This document shows positions 25,501 through 39,655 of a stretch of 64,000 bases of DNA, in pieces. This stretch comes from Trichosphaerium sp. ATCC 40318 (taxonomy: Eukaryota; Protista; Tubulinea), in contig JALMLS010000370.1 of NCBI GenBank assembly GCA_038496445.1, positions 62,001 to 126,000 on the forward strand, in the 5' to 3' direction. The notes under the pieces were generated by a model. That model saw nothing but the letters and a program-made list of their open reading frames with translations, was not told where the DNA came from and did no database searches. The translations under genes and the position numbers were made by a program. Position 1 is the first letter of the stretch; each line of letters opens with the position of its first letter.

Positions 25501-27757
25501 CCGTACACCCACCGACAACTAAAGAAGCTTATAAAAAAGCAATCACAGCTGACTACACCAGCGTTGTCAAGGTAGAGCGTGCTCAGTCACTGTTCAATAC
25601 CGTATTACGCAAACCGCTCGGATCCAGTGCACCAGTCTCAGATGACCACCTGTTTGTTAATTCTCAAGGCCAAGACTTTAAAATTCTTCCAAGTGGATAC
25701 ACTACCCAAACAGTGCTTGGTGAAACCAGATCCAACTCTCAAGTGTCAGATATTTCGACTGGAGCTATATCATACATGATGGTCATAGCAAATTTAGTAC
25801 CACAAGAAGAGCAGCATAAATTATTGTTGATGCATGACTACATCCGTGCCGTTTCGAAAAACGTGTCCAAACACAAAAAAAAATCAAATGGTAGTACCTT
25901 GACGTCACTGCACTCTAACTTTAGCACAAACCGAATACAGAAACAACGCTTGACAGCATCTTCATCCATTGACGAATCAAGTGGGAGCGCAGTGGATGAC
26001 ATCAATGAGGAGGAAGCCAACGAAGAATGGCGAGACTTTTTTGACAACACATACCGGTCGCCCAAGGTCAGGAAAAATGTCAGCCAGCGCAAAGGCAATG
26101 GCACGCCAAAAATAACAAAGAGTAAGAGTAAACGGCCAAGGACCAGTAGCAATCTCGAGACCAATCCTGAAGTCGGCATGTCGCTTCTACCTCCGCCACC
26201 ACCAGTACTTGGTAGCATGGCGCACCTCTCGGAGAACGTAGTCTTGTCTTTGCCATTGCGTGGAGAATCGCTGCAAGGATGGCGACCACAAGGCGTGCTT
26301 GTTGCGCATCTTAAGGAACATCGCGCCTCCGTAAATGAAATAGCAGTTGCGCAAGACAATGTATTCTTTGCAACAGCCTCTGATGACGGTACAGTCAAGA
26401 TATGGGATTGTTTGCGTCTTGAGAAGAACGTTGCCAATAGATCTCGACTCACATACTCTTCACACAGTACGCAGTCCGCCACCAAGTCTTTATTTTATTA
26501 ACCCAAGCATTGCAGGTGGCAGGATCACTTCCATTTGTGCCTGTGAGGAATCTCATAGTATCTGTTCAGCCAGTAGTAACGGTACAATACACGTGTCTCG
26601 TGTTGAGTATATTCCACGGCAAAAATCAAAACACAACAAGCCAGGTACGTAATTCAACCTTTTTTTAGCTACATCTACTTTTTGACACCTCTTCCAAGAA
26701 TACCCTGGTTTGACGCGCCTCCGACAGATTCGTGGCGACGACGGCATACCTCTCAAAGTTCGTCATTACAAAACCAACTCGCAGTCGCTAGTAGTTTGCA
26801 TTACGAGCCAAGGAGTGATTGAGGGTTATGATCTCAGAGCAAAGAATCCCGCCTTCAGAATGAGGAGTCCTCCACCTGCTGGCCTTCCTACCGACCTGCT
26901 AATGGATCCAGACCACTATTGGATCGTGCATGGTACACTGCGTGGTTACCTTCAGGCGTGGGATCTACGTTTTCACATACCATTTGGTACTGGTGTAATT
27001 CTTGTTGCAATTTGGCTAACATACGTGCTTAGCGTGCTGGCGATGCCATCAAAAAGCCGGTATCAGACGTTTGGCGCACTGTAATATCCCATCCGCTAAA
27101 CCTACGTGGATATTCGCGTCAGACACATTGGGTAATCTCACTGTATACGATCTGACTACAACTCAACCAACACACTTGTTTCGTGTGCTCCCTCAAAGGT
27201 ACTCAAGCGATCTAATATGCACGCCCTCTGACCACCTGCACTGTAGACCACAAACACAAAGCGATGCTGTTAAACCTCCTCTCTTGTTCCCGATAGCAGG
27301 GTACCCAGACACAACGGATTATGGCGTAGAGGATTTAGACAGCTCCTTGTATAGTAATGCATCGCCAACTGAAAATGCTTCCAGTCCAGCACCTTACGTA
27401 ACATCAATCATCAGCCCTGTCAACTCCAATTACGTCCTGACTGGATCGTCTGACAAGTGCATCCGCTATTGGGACGTCAACAGTCCTACAAATTCATATC
27501 AAATGTCGTCACAACTGGTTGAAGGCCAAGTACTCTACAATAGATACAAACACAAGAACGTTACAGTTGTTGAGGAGAAGGTACTGCCAAAACCTGCAGA
27601 TGAATTGATACAGCTAAGAAAACCAAACACGTCGTTCCTATCCGCTCAGGCGCCTCCATGCCACCAAGATACTATTCTAGACATGCAAGCACTTGAGTTG
27701 CCGCACCGTATGCTTGTCTCTGCTGGTCGTGATGGTATTGTCAAAGTGTGGAAGTGA
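22547..27757 (+). CDS. VPS15: Phosphoinositide 3-kinase regulatory subunit VPS15 (PIK3R4)
   Basis: MGN myristoylation start, [57 protein letters not shown] repeats, [16 protein letters not shown]40s ending [12 protein letters not shown]. Confidence 0.95.
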
Positions 27758-28101
27758 CATTTGGATCGCCGCCACTTAGTAAAAATATGACAAAAATAAA
27801 CCTCCTTGTAAATTACAACCAAATTGTTTGGTATTTGTGCATTGCCAGTGCAGTAAAAAAAAACATGAGAATATTAACTAGCTAGTACACAGAAAGGGGA
27901 ATTGGGATACAACTTGATAAACTCTGTTGTTCTTACATTGCACACTGTCACGTGAACACGTGTTTAATGATGGACAAGTCTTGGACAATACAGACTGTTA
28001 CTAATACCCACACGAGGATGCAACCGAAAATAAGAAAGGTGCAAATGAGATGTCTCCATTAAAGCTGTTTACTTATATTGCACGTAACGATGCTACAAAA
28101 A

Positions 28102-29785
28102 TTACCAGCTAAGTTTGCGGACGGCCATAAACGCGTCAACGATATCTTCCGTTACCTACAAATCTTGATGTTAACAAAGAAATTAAAAGATGATGAATCT
28201 TACGGCTGCACGGGCTTTTTGATGCTGTTTGGTTTTCTCGATGATAATATCTATTAAAATCTTTTTGACTTCTCCTGTCAGCAATTTACCAGTGGAGTAG
28301 TCCTAATAATCAATATAAATACACTCCCTTTCAACAAGAACGCCGGTTTTGGCAGGGCTTACCTCCTTTATCTTCAAGAGCTTTTCGTCGTCTTCCATAA
28401 AGAAGGTGAGGTATTGGTATGGAATATCAACTTCTAGGTTAGCGCCTAATTTACGTTGCTCTGCTGCGGAAACTTGTCCACCAGAGAATGCTTTTTCATT
28501 GATCTACAGGTTTGCTTAGCGACCACTCAATGTGCAGCAGATATTACCTTGCGTGCAATCTCTTTTGGGGAATCCGTTAAATAGATGGCAGTGTCGGCCA
28601 CACTAGCACTCATCTTTGTTCCATTTCCTTGTAATGCAGGGAAGAATTTACTGTGAATTAAAGCTGGCTTTACCCATCCTAATCGAGGCGCCACATCACG
28701 TGTCATCCTAAAGTATGGATCCTATTAAATATAAATAAGATTAGCACTCATGATTACACAGGCAAAGGGAAACCAAAGTGGTTACCTGATCGATAGCACA
28801 AGGAATCAAACAGCGAAGGTTACTATGCTTTCCAAAAATGTGGGCAAAGCTAGAAGAGAAGGAAGGAGCTGCTTGGATAGCTGGAAATGCGCATTGACCA
28901 ATGTTTTTGCTGTCTGTGAAACCAAAACAGCCCTTGGCCTGATTCATTGTGATGCACTTTTGTATTTTGACAATGTTAGGATACATGTGACTAAGAATCT
29001 TTGGTTAGTAACAAATCATACTGAACATTGCGTCGTACCCAACGTATTCTAGATTCGAAAAAATCTTGGTACTTGTCAAGGTTAAAATAATCTTATGGTA
29101 TGTTATGTTTCGGGGTCAGTCAATAAAGACTTGACACCCAAAAAAAAAAGAACAATTATTTCTGAGGATACAAATGTTTTGTTGACGTCAAAACCAATTG
29201 CAATGATATCCTTAACATTTTCTCTGCCGTATTTGTAGCAGTCCTCCATTTTGATGTTTTTCCACAAGTACTTTTCGTCATCAGTCATTTGCACTACCAG
29301 TGGTACACCAAACGCATCTTGGAGGTATCTTGGGGAGTGTCAATAGCGAAAAACATAAAACCTCAAGTACTTTGTGAACAAGAACGGAATTAAATGGCCA
29401 AAATGTAATGAAGCGCTTGAAGGGCCTCTTCCAGTGCTAATGAAACGTTATTTTCACTAAACACAACCAAATCCAATACGTACTACAAATAAAACGGCTC
29501 GCCACGCTCGTAGGCGTCCAAAATAGCTGTAAGATCTCTGAAATACGTGTTAGATAGCGACTACAGCAAAACTTACCTGTGAGAAAAGAAGTAGCCGCGT
29601 TTTAACCATGGGTGTGCTGGTTTACCAGTCACTTTTTCAATCCTCGCGATGAGAGCTGGATCAATAAGTTGAGAACCAAATGTATTAACTAGCTTGTAGT
29701 AATCAATGCCATCTGGTGCCTCAATCTCCCAAGGGTCGATTTTTTGCTCAGTGGTCTTTTTTGTTTGTGTTGTGTCTTCGGTCAT
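28102..29785 (-). CDS. WARS1: Cytosolic tryptophanyl-tRNA synthetase
   Basis: [31 protein letters not shown] (HIGH), [36 protein letters not shown] (KMSKS), AFSGG. Confidence 0.96.
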
Positions 29786-30026
29786 TTGATATCAATAATT
29801 TATTAGTTTGTACAAAAAAGTAAAGCAACGTCAAATTTACGTGGCTTAAGCGGTTTTCTCTTAAATTTCCTATAAGGAAGCCATTAACGTGTTGACACGT
29901 TGCAACACAAGCCGAGAATTGGTTCAGACTGGTATACAATTGGAACTCAAGTCAATTTGATAAGTATTTGACATGGTTTATTATTATTCAACTAATTTAC
30001 AAGCACTGTACACGTGATTTACATTA

Positions 30027-31189
30027 CTACAAGGCTGGCGAATCGCCGTCAGGTGGTACATCTCCAGGATCCAAAATTGACTTACAGACAGTTAACGCAA
30101 AAAACGAAATTGGATTGTATCCATGTACGTACGTATTGATCCATCAACTTCTTGTACTCCTTTGTAAGAGCTGTGTTGTGTATACTCTTGGACAAGTTAG
30201 CCATCAAGTGGTACATTAGTTTTCTATCAGGTGGTTCTAGCATATTAAGGTTACAGCTATTAGGAGAATCACGCATTTTGAACAACCGTGCCAAAAACTG
30301 GTATATTCGAGGGAAGTTAGGTTCTTGCTGTGCTTCAGTTTCTCCGTTGGCACTTCGCAGTTGCTCCGTCATTTGAGCCGCCAGAGATTCTGCACGAGTA
30401 AGGTGAGCCGCTGCTGCGGAATGGGATGCCTACTATTTGTTAATAAAATAACTAATCAACAACTTTTCTCCTGTATTACTGCATGCATTAAATAGCTACG
30501 TACAGCATGATTTGATGGTTTATTAACGCCGGAACCAGGCATAACACCAGGTGTAACACCGGGAAGAGGTTGTGGTTGTTCTGCTTCAGGTTCCTTATCT
30601 ATAGTCGTCGTTAAAATAAGGTATGAATATGGCGCAGTAAAAGTGTCACATGTCTACCTTCATTTTCTGTAAGTAGCCCATTTGAGAGCATCCAAGCTTT
30701 AAAGTTGCCTCTGTCTACGATAAAGCTATCATTGTCCCTTGCATCTGAACCGCTACACTCCGTCAGCCTAGGAGCCTACATCACGTGATAATTCCAATTA
30801 CCTTAACCAAGGTATAATACGTTCAGTGCTTTCTACCGGGGCTTCGGGACCATGTTGTTTAACTTTTTCAAAGTGTTTTTGTGCGTGGCTCCTTATCTAA
30901 GACAGAAATGCGTCAATACTCGCAAACTTGGGCCTTGAGAATAATCCTCTGAGCTGTGTACGCCATAGTACCTGATTCACTGTCTTTGTTCCCACATACG
31001 CTTCGATTTTCTTCCAGTCACGGCCTTAATCTTTTAAAAATTTCGTTTACAAACTACTTCGGCGTTGTAGGACTTACCATACGCATTCAAGGCATGCAGA
31101 AATTTGTTGTGTTCTAATTCAGTCCAATTTTCACGTTGCTTCCGTAAAGTGTACGGGCGAGACGGTCCCTGCCGTCCTGTCTGCGACAT
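30027..31189 (-). CDS. SHAQKY-class single MYB transcription factor, RVE8/LCL-like
   Basis: [51 protein letters not shown]; C-terminal PNFPRIYQFLARLF...LMANLS. Confidence 0.85.
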
Positions 31190-31285
31190 TTGCGTGTAGA
31201 AATTTGTAAAGACCATATATTGACCAGGGCTAGGCCGTTTGTTATTGTTATTTGTACGCGATCTAAACAATAAAACACTCAAAAA

Positions 31286-31965
31286 ATGGCGTACGTGTAA
31301 TAGGTACTTTGCTACCAACTTATATGGTCGTAGACATGCTCCAGTTTTGTGGGCTCAAAGAAAAGGTATTAATCGTACCCAGAATTGGATTAACAAGTGT
31401 AGATAAATTGTTTGTAACCATTGACTTGCCCGATATTACTGAGGAAACAATACAACTCACAGAGGACAAGTTGTCGGTTACTGGCAAGTCTGGAGATGCA
31501 AAAAAAGAGTTTGCAGGTAATATTAATGAAAGCTGGCGGTTTGTTAACTCACAATGTCAACAGTTGAAATGGAGTTTTTTAAGCCCATCAAGACAGACGT
31601 ATGTTCATTTACACTACAATGTGGCGCGTGTAAACCATTAATTTAGAACGTAAAACAATCAGTGTTCGGCAGCGCAGCAAAGTTTGTCATTTGGAAGAAA
31701 GAGCGCGAAGAGGAGCACTGGTACGCGTCCTACATCAGCGTTGGTATAACACGTGTAGGCCTCGAATTCTCAAAGTGAAGGGCAAACATCATTGGCTAAA
31801 GGTTGATTGGAACAAGTGGGTTGATGAAGACGAAGAAGAGGACGAGGAGAACGAGTTCTGGAAGGACTGGAAAGACAAAGATTTTGGCAGTAAGTAATCT
31901 CCTGAATTTCGTATCCACTAACCCCAGTAGACGTTGATGCAGGTCAAGAAGCGCCTGGCGCGTAA
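31286..31965 (+). CDS. Hsp90 co-chaperone p23 (Sba1/PTGES3 family)
   Basis: MAHAPVLWAQRKDKLFVTIDL...HWPRILK...WLKVDWNKWVDEDEE. Confidence 0.9.
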
Positions 31966-32118
31966 ACTAGATATCAGTTTTAGCTTCGTTAGTGGCCCAG
32001 ACTCTAGTGTGTCTCACAAATAAAGCTGAGTTCTCAATCTGAACGTGCCTTATGTTTGTTCTTTTTTTTTATACGGCTTAAACTCAAGTAAATTAACACC
32101 TCAAGTGACAATGAAGCA

Positions 32119-35100
32119 ATGATTGGTGCTCAAGCAAGATTTTTAAGCATGCGACAGGCACATGTAATATAAAACAAAAATACCACGTTACATATTCACC
32201 TGTTAGGGTCTGAACCACCGTTCTCGCGTTGAGTCATCGCTGCGTGAGAGCCAACGGCGCTGCTGGTTTCACAGTAGCAGAATTTCACGAAGATATTTAA
32301 CTACAGATCAACGGCTTCCAATATCGAAGCTCATAGACGCCTACCGTGACCATGGTCACAAGTTTGCAAACGTTAATCCGTTGCACGAGGTACAGCTAAA
32401 CGTCATTGTATAAAACATCTTTAAAATGTGACGTTTGCGTTATAAATACTAACAGGTTCATGTAGGTAGCGCGTTTACCAGGTATGCGCCCGAAGCTATT
32501 TACTCCCTCAAAGTATGGCCTCAACAACAAAGGCGATACTCCGGTACACGAAGCAAATGGTGCGTTATTATTACTGGTTGTTTCAGGCGTTTTCTGATCA
32601 AGTAAGGTAGAATTCCTGAACGGCGCTCCAATACCCGGTAATGTAACTCTAGCACAACTGGAGGATCGATTACTGGGCTCGTACGTTGATCATATCGGCT
32701 TAGAAGCGAACCACCTTGTACGTACTCATACACGTTTGAACTCGCATCCAACCATTACAATTAGCCGCCTGAAGAAAGGGACTGGATACACAAAAAATTT
32801 GAGGCTGCTTACCCGGCCAACATTGAAAGAGTCCGTTCAGAGAAAGGAAAACACCTCTGGACGGCACTACAAAGCGCTGAAGACTTTGACACATTTATGC
32901 AAAAAAAGTTTCCTGCCTTCAAGCGTTATGGTCTCTCTGGCCTCGAAGGTATAATCGCGTCCCTCAGCGAAATATTTGAAAGTGCTTCAGACCATGGTTT
33001 GGATGGCATTGTACTCGGCATGCCCCACAGAGGTAGGCTAAATATCATGAACACATTTTTACAATGGGACATGTACGTAAAGTGCTACTATAATGCATCC
33101 GCGTCTAACCCAGGCACTTGTAGGGAAGCTCTTTTCTGGAGGGTTATGACAGGAAGGTCGCTCTTTGAAGGACATATTCCTGGCATAGATGATGTTGTAT
33201 CCCATTTTTGTAAGTCTAGCAGTATACTATGTTGTAGGTACTAATCTCATCGCGCTCTAGCACAATCCGTAGAAGTTGATGTAAACGGAAAAAAGGTAAA
33301 CAAATTATATGGACGTAACCTTCAATCCAAGTACTAACTTAGATACCGTCTTGTAGATACACGTATCGCTACTAAACAATCCGTCGCACCTGGAAGCAGT
33401 GTATCCTGTGGCACTTGGTAAGACGAAAGCTAAACACGACATTGATAAGAGCAACCACATGGCACTAGTATGTATAATCACATCATCATAAACAAAGTTT
33501 GTTGGTTGTCATCCATTTAATGTCGCCTTTAGATTTTACATGGTGACGCTGCTGTTTCGGCACAGGGCGTTATTTATGAGGCAGCACAGTTGTCGTATTT
33601 AGACGGTTATAACGTTGGTGGCGCATTTCACATGGTCTGTAACAACAATATAGGCTTCACAACGGAGTCTAGGTGAGTCCATATCTTCCTCATTCCTGCC
33701 ACCCAAATTAACACAAATGTGACGCATTTCAGCCAGGCTAAATCAGGACAATATGCTACAGATGTTGCAAAAATTATAGAAGCGCCAGTGATGCACGTGA
33801 ATGGCGAAGATGTTGAAGCCATCATTATTGCTACGCGTATATTAGCTGAGTTCAGGAACAAGTTTAAGAAAGACGTATTTTTGGACGTCATTGGCTATCG
33901 TAAAATGGGTCACAACGAGAGTACGTACTTTTTTCGTTTAAATTGACGTTGAGTGGTTGTTAACATGCGTTTGTTTGTTATAGTCGATGATCCATCCATG
34001 ACACAGCCACGAATCTACAAAAACATCGCCAACCGATCCTCCTTGGCTACTACGTATCTAGAGAGATTAAAAGCGGATAACATAGTAGATGAACATTTAG
34101 AAAATAGTGTCAAGGCTGCAAACAAAGCTGACTTGGAGGAAAGGTTCAGAAAAGCCACTGAACGCAAAGACGATGTGGCAGATCAGGTACGCCATACATA
34201 TCTCAACTTTCTTAGTCAGCGACCACGGTGCTAACAGTTGTTTTCAGGCCTGGCTCCCAAAACGATTCACAGACAAGTGGGCTAACATGTCATTTCAAAC
34301 ACCTGATGACGTTAACACAATCACAGGCATTCCTAAAGATGCCATTGTTAGAATCGGAGCTGCTTCAGTGACAACTCCACAAGACTTTACAATACATCCT
34401 CGACTCGCCAAGCTCTTTGTAAAAAACCGAAACAAGCTAATGGATAACCTTCATGACGCACATCTCGATTGGGCCACTTGCGAAGCAATTGCGTTTGGCA
34501 GTCTACTCGATGAAGGATACGATGTAAGGTTAACTGGACAGGACGTCGGGCGTGGCACATATTCACATCGGCATGCTGTCCTTACAGACAACGTAACAGC
34601 GAAAAAATACGTGCCATTGAACAACCTGCACAAGGATCAAGGCCAATTCCACGTCATTAATTCGCCACTCACAGAACTTGCAAGTATGGCTTTTGAATAT
34701 GGCTACAGTATAGAGACTCCAAACACTCTAGTTATGTGGGAAGGTACGCAGTTTATCATCATGTCTTTTTTTTCGGATCATTATTAAACCGATTGTTAAC
34801 TGCTTTCCCAAGCACAATTTGGTGACTTTGTCAACGGCGCTCAGCTCGTTTTTGACGCCTTTGTTGCTGCTTCTGAAGGTACGCCCTGGTTTTCGTATTG
34901 CTTTTTCGTGTATTAATGCTTACGTCGTATTTCAGCCAAGTGGTGCCGCCAAAATGGATTAGTGTTGAATTTACCTCATGGCTATGATGGTGCTGGTCCA
35001 GAACACAGTAGTTGTAGGACAGAGCGATTCTTACAAATGGTAAACACACCAATGAGTGATGGTCCACACACCAAGGAGGATTTGAATTTTCAAGTGATCA

Positions 35101-35756
35101 CACCGTCTACGCCAAGTAACTACTTTCATGCACTCAGACGTCAGCTTGTTCGAAAATATCGAAAGCCTCTTGTCATTGTGGGTCCCAAGACATTGCTCCG
35201 CCATCCTCTCGCAGTGAGCTCTTGGAAGGACATTGCAGAAGGTACGCTCCAACCCATGAGAATATTGACCTTAATCTAATATACGAATACCTAGGATCAA
35301 CATACGAACCGGTTATTGCAGACCCAAAACTGGACTTGGATGTTTCAGCAGTGGACACCATCATCTTTACTTGTGGAAAATTCTTTTACGATCTCTACGT
35401 CAAACGAAATGATTTAAATAAGAACACAACCGCAATTGTGCGCTTAGAGGTACACACTCTATTACAAACTATACCATCGCGTAGTTGGCTCATGTACATG
35501 TTAGGAACTCGCTCCATTCCCACAAGACGCTATTAATCGCGTATTTGAGCTATATGGCAACGCCACAAAGTTCTTGTGGGTTCAAGAAGAGCCGTGTAAT
35601 ATGGGTGCTTGGACTTATGTTGAGACACGCTTCAATAACTGCATCGGTAAACCTCTACGCTATGTCGGGCCTCCTCCACTATCGGCACCTGCTCCTGGCA
35701 CTTCGCAGGAATTAAAACGGAATATAGAAGCCGTTCTTGATGCGGCATTCAACTAG
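32119..35756 (+). CDS. DHTKD1: 2-oxoacid dehydrogenase E1, DHTKD1 (2-oxoadipate dehydrogenase)-like, mitochondrial
   Basis: AYRDHGH, KRYGLSG, GMPHRGRLN, NPSHLEAV, HGDAAVSAQG, NNNIGFTT, GHNE, DWATCEA, GQDVGRGT (G not E), LPHGYDGAGPEHSSCR, QEEP.NMGAW. Confidence 0.8.
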
Positions 35757-36049
35757 CCACAATCCCCTGGGTTTTTTGTTGTGTGACAACCCTTTTTGTA
35801 CATTACCTGTTATGTCTACCTCCAATAATATATTAGTCGCCGACAAAATTGCATACCCCAAGTCCTTAACAATATTGAGAATGACGAATCCGCCTTTTCA
35901 GCATTTTCATGGCAAACATGCACATTTGACGGACAACTATTTACTTACTGAATGCACGGCTGATATTAAGGGTAGCGGATAGGAAGAAAGAGAACGAGTT
36001 ACAGTTAAGTATTGTGGATTTAGCAGTACCTTAGTTAGCTCACCCAAAC

Positions 36050-37466
36050 ATGGTAACTACAACTCGTCTTTTTGTACTTTTTTGTATTAACCTCGCATTA
36101 GGCCAAAAAGTACTGTTAAACAAGGTTGTGTTAAATAGCGCTATTTACTTTTATACAGATGTTGCACCGAGTGCTCAACGATGCTATTCGTAACCGTACT
36201 ACTCGTGATTGTGTATGCAATTGGTATCTCGCTTTATATCACGGCTGCAGTGTATCACACCCACGGTCCTGATTCTACACGTAACTACGAGGTGACTATG
36301 GCGCCAACATTCACCCTAGTTGGGTGTCCAGGTACGAGACTGACTTAGCGCCTTACTGCAATAGCTAAACCGCGTAGAAAACACTGTGGGCTATCTATCA
36401 CGACTCCCAACAAATACAACGTCAAACAGCACAACCAGATTTTTTTTGGTACACTCTTTTTTGAATTTCATTTCCGCTCTTGCTAACATTTCAAAAAGCC
36501 GTCAGAGTCATTTACATACAGTTCAATATCGTTTGACGACAATGTCATTTATAACATGATCCTTCTATTGCCGACTACAACTCCCCCAAAGAATGTTTCA
36601 ATGGCAATGTCATTAGCAGACGCACAAGTACTGCTTGCTTTGACAGGTTTTGCAAAACAATAATCCTGACAGTTGCACTAGGGCACTTTTCTTTTAAGCA
36701 AGCAAATGATTGATACAGTAACCCTCAGCGAGCTCAAGACGTACGCTATAAGATAAAAAAATAAGCTGACAGGATTTGATAGCGGAGCCACTGTTTCTAC
36801 CAAAACCAAGCTAGCTGTGGTCCTTACTGAAGATAGTGACACGCAATCTGGTGCACAAGTAGATGCTGAACGTGCGTAGTGGGAAATGTTGACGTAATAA
36901 TAATAAGTCCTCCTGCTAACTGTTGGCGCGTTAGTTAAACCGAATGTAACCATGACCAAGTTTAGAGTGGGTGCCACACAATTCGAGGTACGTGGGCGCA
37001 CCCAACCCGACAAAGTTGTCCTTGCACTATGCTAATACTAGTTGTACAGTACATCCAAGACAATGTGGTGGAGCCAATGACATTGCAGTTCGAGATTCAA
37101 ATGTGCTTGCCTTTTGGCGCGAATGGTGGTCAAATTTTTTTGACATTTGAACCAGACAATCCTCGTCTAACTGTACGCACACTACTTTTGTTGGTCAACT
37201 TGTTAATTTGTTTGTGTAGCTCATTTTCTTGTTTTCATTCATCGGAGGAGGTTTATTGATTTTCTGCACGCTCTTGAGCATAGGTACCTTTTTTTTTTTC
37301 TGTTTTTGATTGGTGTCCTGACTATTGTCTCCTCCGTATAGCCTATCTCAGGGAGTTCTGCATCACAGAGTACCACGTCAGATCTAAGATTAAGAACTAC
37401 GAAAAGTTGCATGGTAAAGAACCGAATGACAACGAGTTAGTTGATATCGACACGCAAAATGAATAA
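36050..37466 (+). CDS. Hypothetical membrane protein, two predicted TM segments flanking a large loop (start uncertain)
   Basis: Exons give MLFVTVLLVIVYAIGISLYITAAVY near the N-terminus and LIFLFSFIGGGLLIFCTLLSIAYL near the C-terminus; ends DTQNE* with AATAAA overlapping the stop. Confidence 0.5.
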
Positions 37467-37588
37467 AGCAATCCATTTTTTTTTGTTGGAATAATTCTTT
37501 TTGTTTTACAACGCCTGTGTATGGATGAATTGGTTCTGAAGTATGAGTTTCGGTTGTAGGCAAGCGCTTTTTTTCAAGTTGAAATAAA

Positions 37589-37956
37589 TTACATCATATC
37601 TGCGTCGTCTTGGACTGGTGGAGGACCGCAAGGCGATAACATACGCTAAATAAATGTATTAGACAGGTGTTGGCGTCTGTGTAAGCTTAATTACCTCTAG
37701 TAGTTGGTATTTTGTTCTGCCTATTGCCTCTCCCTTCGCAATCGCTATGTAAGACAATAAACCATGATGTCCCATGTAGCTAGCAATACTATCTCTTTGT
37801 ATATTCACGCCCCATTCACTACACTAATCAACAGCTGCAAAAAACCCGAATATGTAATACATACAAACGACTTGTGTCTGGATGGCCTGTACCAACGAAT
37901 TTGGCTTGTAGATGCTCCAATTGGGAGGCTAGCGTATCTCTAGTAGCTGCGCTCAT
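37589..37956 (-). CDS. SF3B5: Splicing factor 3B subunit 5
   Basis: SQLEHLQAKFVGTGHPDT..EWGVNIQRDSIASYMGH..RMLSPCGPPP; 3 exons; not in ORF track. Confidence 0.92.
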
Positions 37957-38131
37957 TGTTATTCGCTTTGGGAGTTAAGTGGAGGTAGCAACAAGCGTTA
38001 TTGAACGAACCAATCCTTTTTTTGTAAATGACTTAACCTATAGTTTGGTTATTGCGTTTGTAAAAGCAGCTGTTACAGCGATTGTGCGCGTCAGTAGCTA
38101 GTTATAGAAAGTGACATTTAATGTAGGTAAA

Positions 38132-39547
38132 ATGGGCAATTGTTGCGGGTCAGATAGCACAAGTGAAGCTACAGCCCAGACTAACGCACCAGAGAAGAAA
38201 AAGCTAAAAACCATCCTTGTTGGAGAATTTGGTTATTATTGTACTCGCACACTTGATTGTACTTATGCCATATAGGTGTTGGCAAGACGTCGCTGCTCGT
38301 GCGATTTTGCGTGCGTATTAAATTAGCATTTTGTTTCGGCTGTTTTATATTGTCTCATCGCCTCTAAACTACGTTAGGACAACGAATTTGATGGCAGTCA
38401 GCAAACAGTTAGCATAGAGGGCGAGTTTGTAAGTTTTTGGCGACGGATTTATGGCGTTTTCTCCGCTGGTACTCACCGCTAGTAGAAACAAATGGATATA
38501 GAAGTAAATACAGGCGCAAGTAAACAAATTGTGACAATTCAGGTGTGTCTGAAACAAAATTTACCTCATGCACGCGCAGTGTTGATGCAGCGCATTTTTA
38601 TCGGAGCAGCTTTTATTTTTGGCGTTGGAAGCAGAAATGGTTTTTGTATTTTTTTTTTTACATCGTCCGTTGTTGTTTACACGCGTGTAGGTGTGGGACA
38701 GCGATGGCCAAGAGCGGTAGGCGATACCAAAAAAAACCAAAAGTGGTTTTTCCTAAATTCTTTTTTAATTAGGATCAAGACGATTACATCTGGCAGTTAT
38801 GACTCCTCTGATATTATATTCCTTGTCTTTAGCATGGCTGACGAGTCCAGCTTCAAGGCTATGGACGTATGTTTGTTATTTTTTATGTTTTTTAAAAAAA
38901 CATGTTGTTTGGGTTTGTCACAGCTCTGTACAACCCACACACTTTGTTTTTCACAGTTGTTTTTAAGACTTTTTTTTTCGTGTGTTGATGCTTTTTAGAA
39001 TTGGTACCGCGAAGTAGAGAGGTATGGTCCAGAAAAATCAGTGGTCATGCTGCTAGGAAACAAACTGGTACGTCTCCAAAGCAAACGAGTAAATCTACAT
39101 ACCACATTTTAGCTGGTTGTAGTTAAAAAGAAAAACAAATCCCCCTTGTGGCACAGCTAACACATTACTCTTTTTATCCTAAACGCAATGTAGGACAAGG
39201 TTAACAAAGAACAAGCACAAGTGATGCGAGAAAAAGCGAAACAGTGGATGGCAGATAACAAAATCAACATTTCTCGTTATTTCGAAACGTCGGCCATGGG
39301 TACGTGCGACAATACTTTTGTTAGTGGAGCACCTGGCTGTCTTGAATTTACACCACGATCTTTTTGTTTTTATAATTATTCTCCTGTTGTTTTGTATAAA
39401 TTGCGGAATTTATTTTGATTGGCTTTTAATTCGAAAAGTAACTTGGTTTTTTGTTACTTAGAGGGCAGTAATGTTGGCCAAGCATTTTCAGAAGCAGCAA
39501 AAGCGGCCATAGCAAAACAAAGCAATTTTGAACCAGAGGAGTGGTAG
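38132..39547 (+). CDS. Rab-like small GTPase with N-terminal MGNCC acylation motif and no C-terminal cysteines
   Basis: GEFGVGKTS (G1), WDSDGQER (G3), ITSGSY, WYREVERY, LGNKLD (G4), FETSA (G5); ends FEPEEW*. Confidence 0.85.
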
Positions 39548-39655
39548 TAAAAGGCTGTATATGTATGCATCCATTGTCACATTAGAACACAAAAACAACA
39601 ACAAAAAAAAACTATAGCTTGTACAGAAGGAAAGAAGTAATGAAAACCAACCTAT

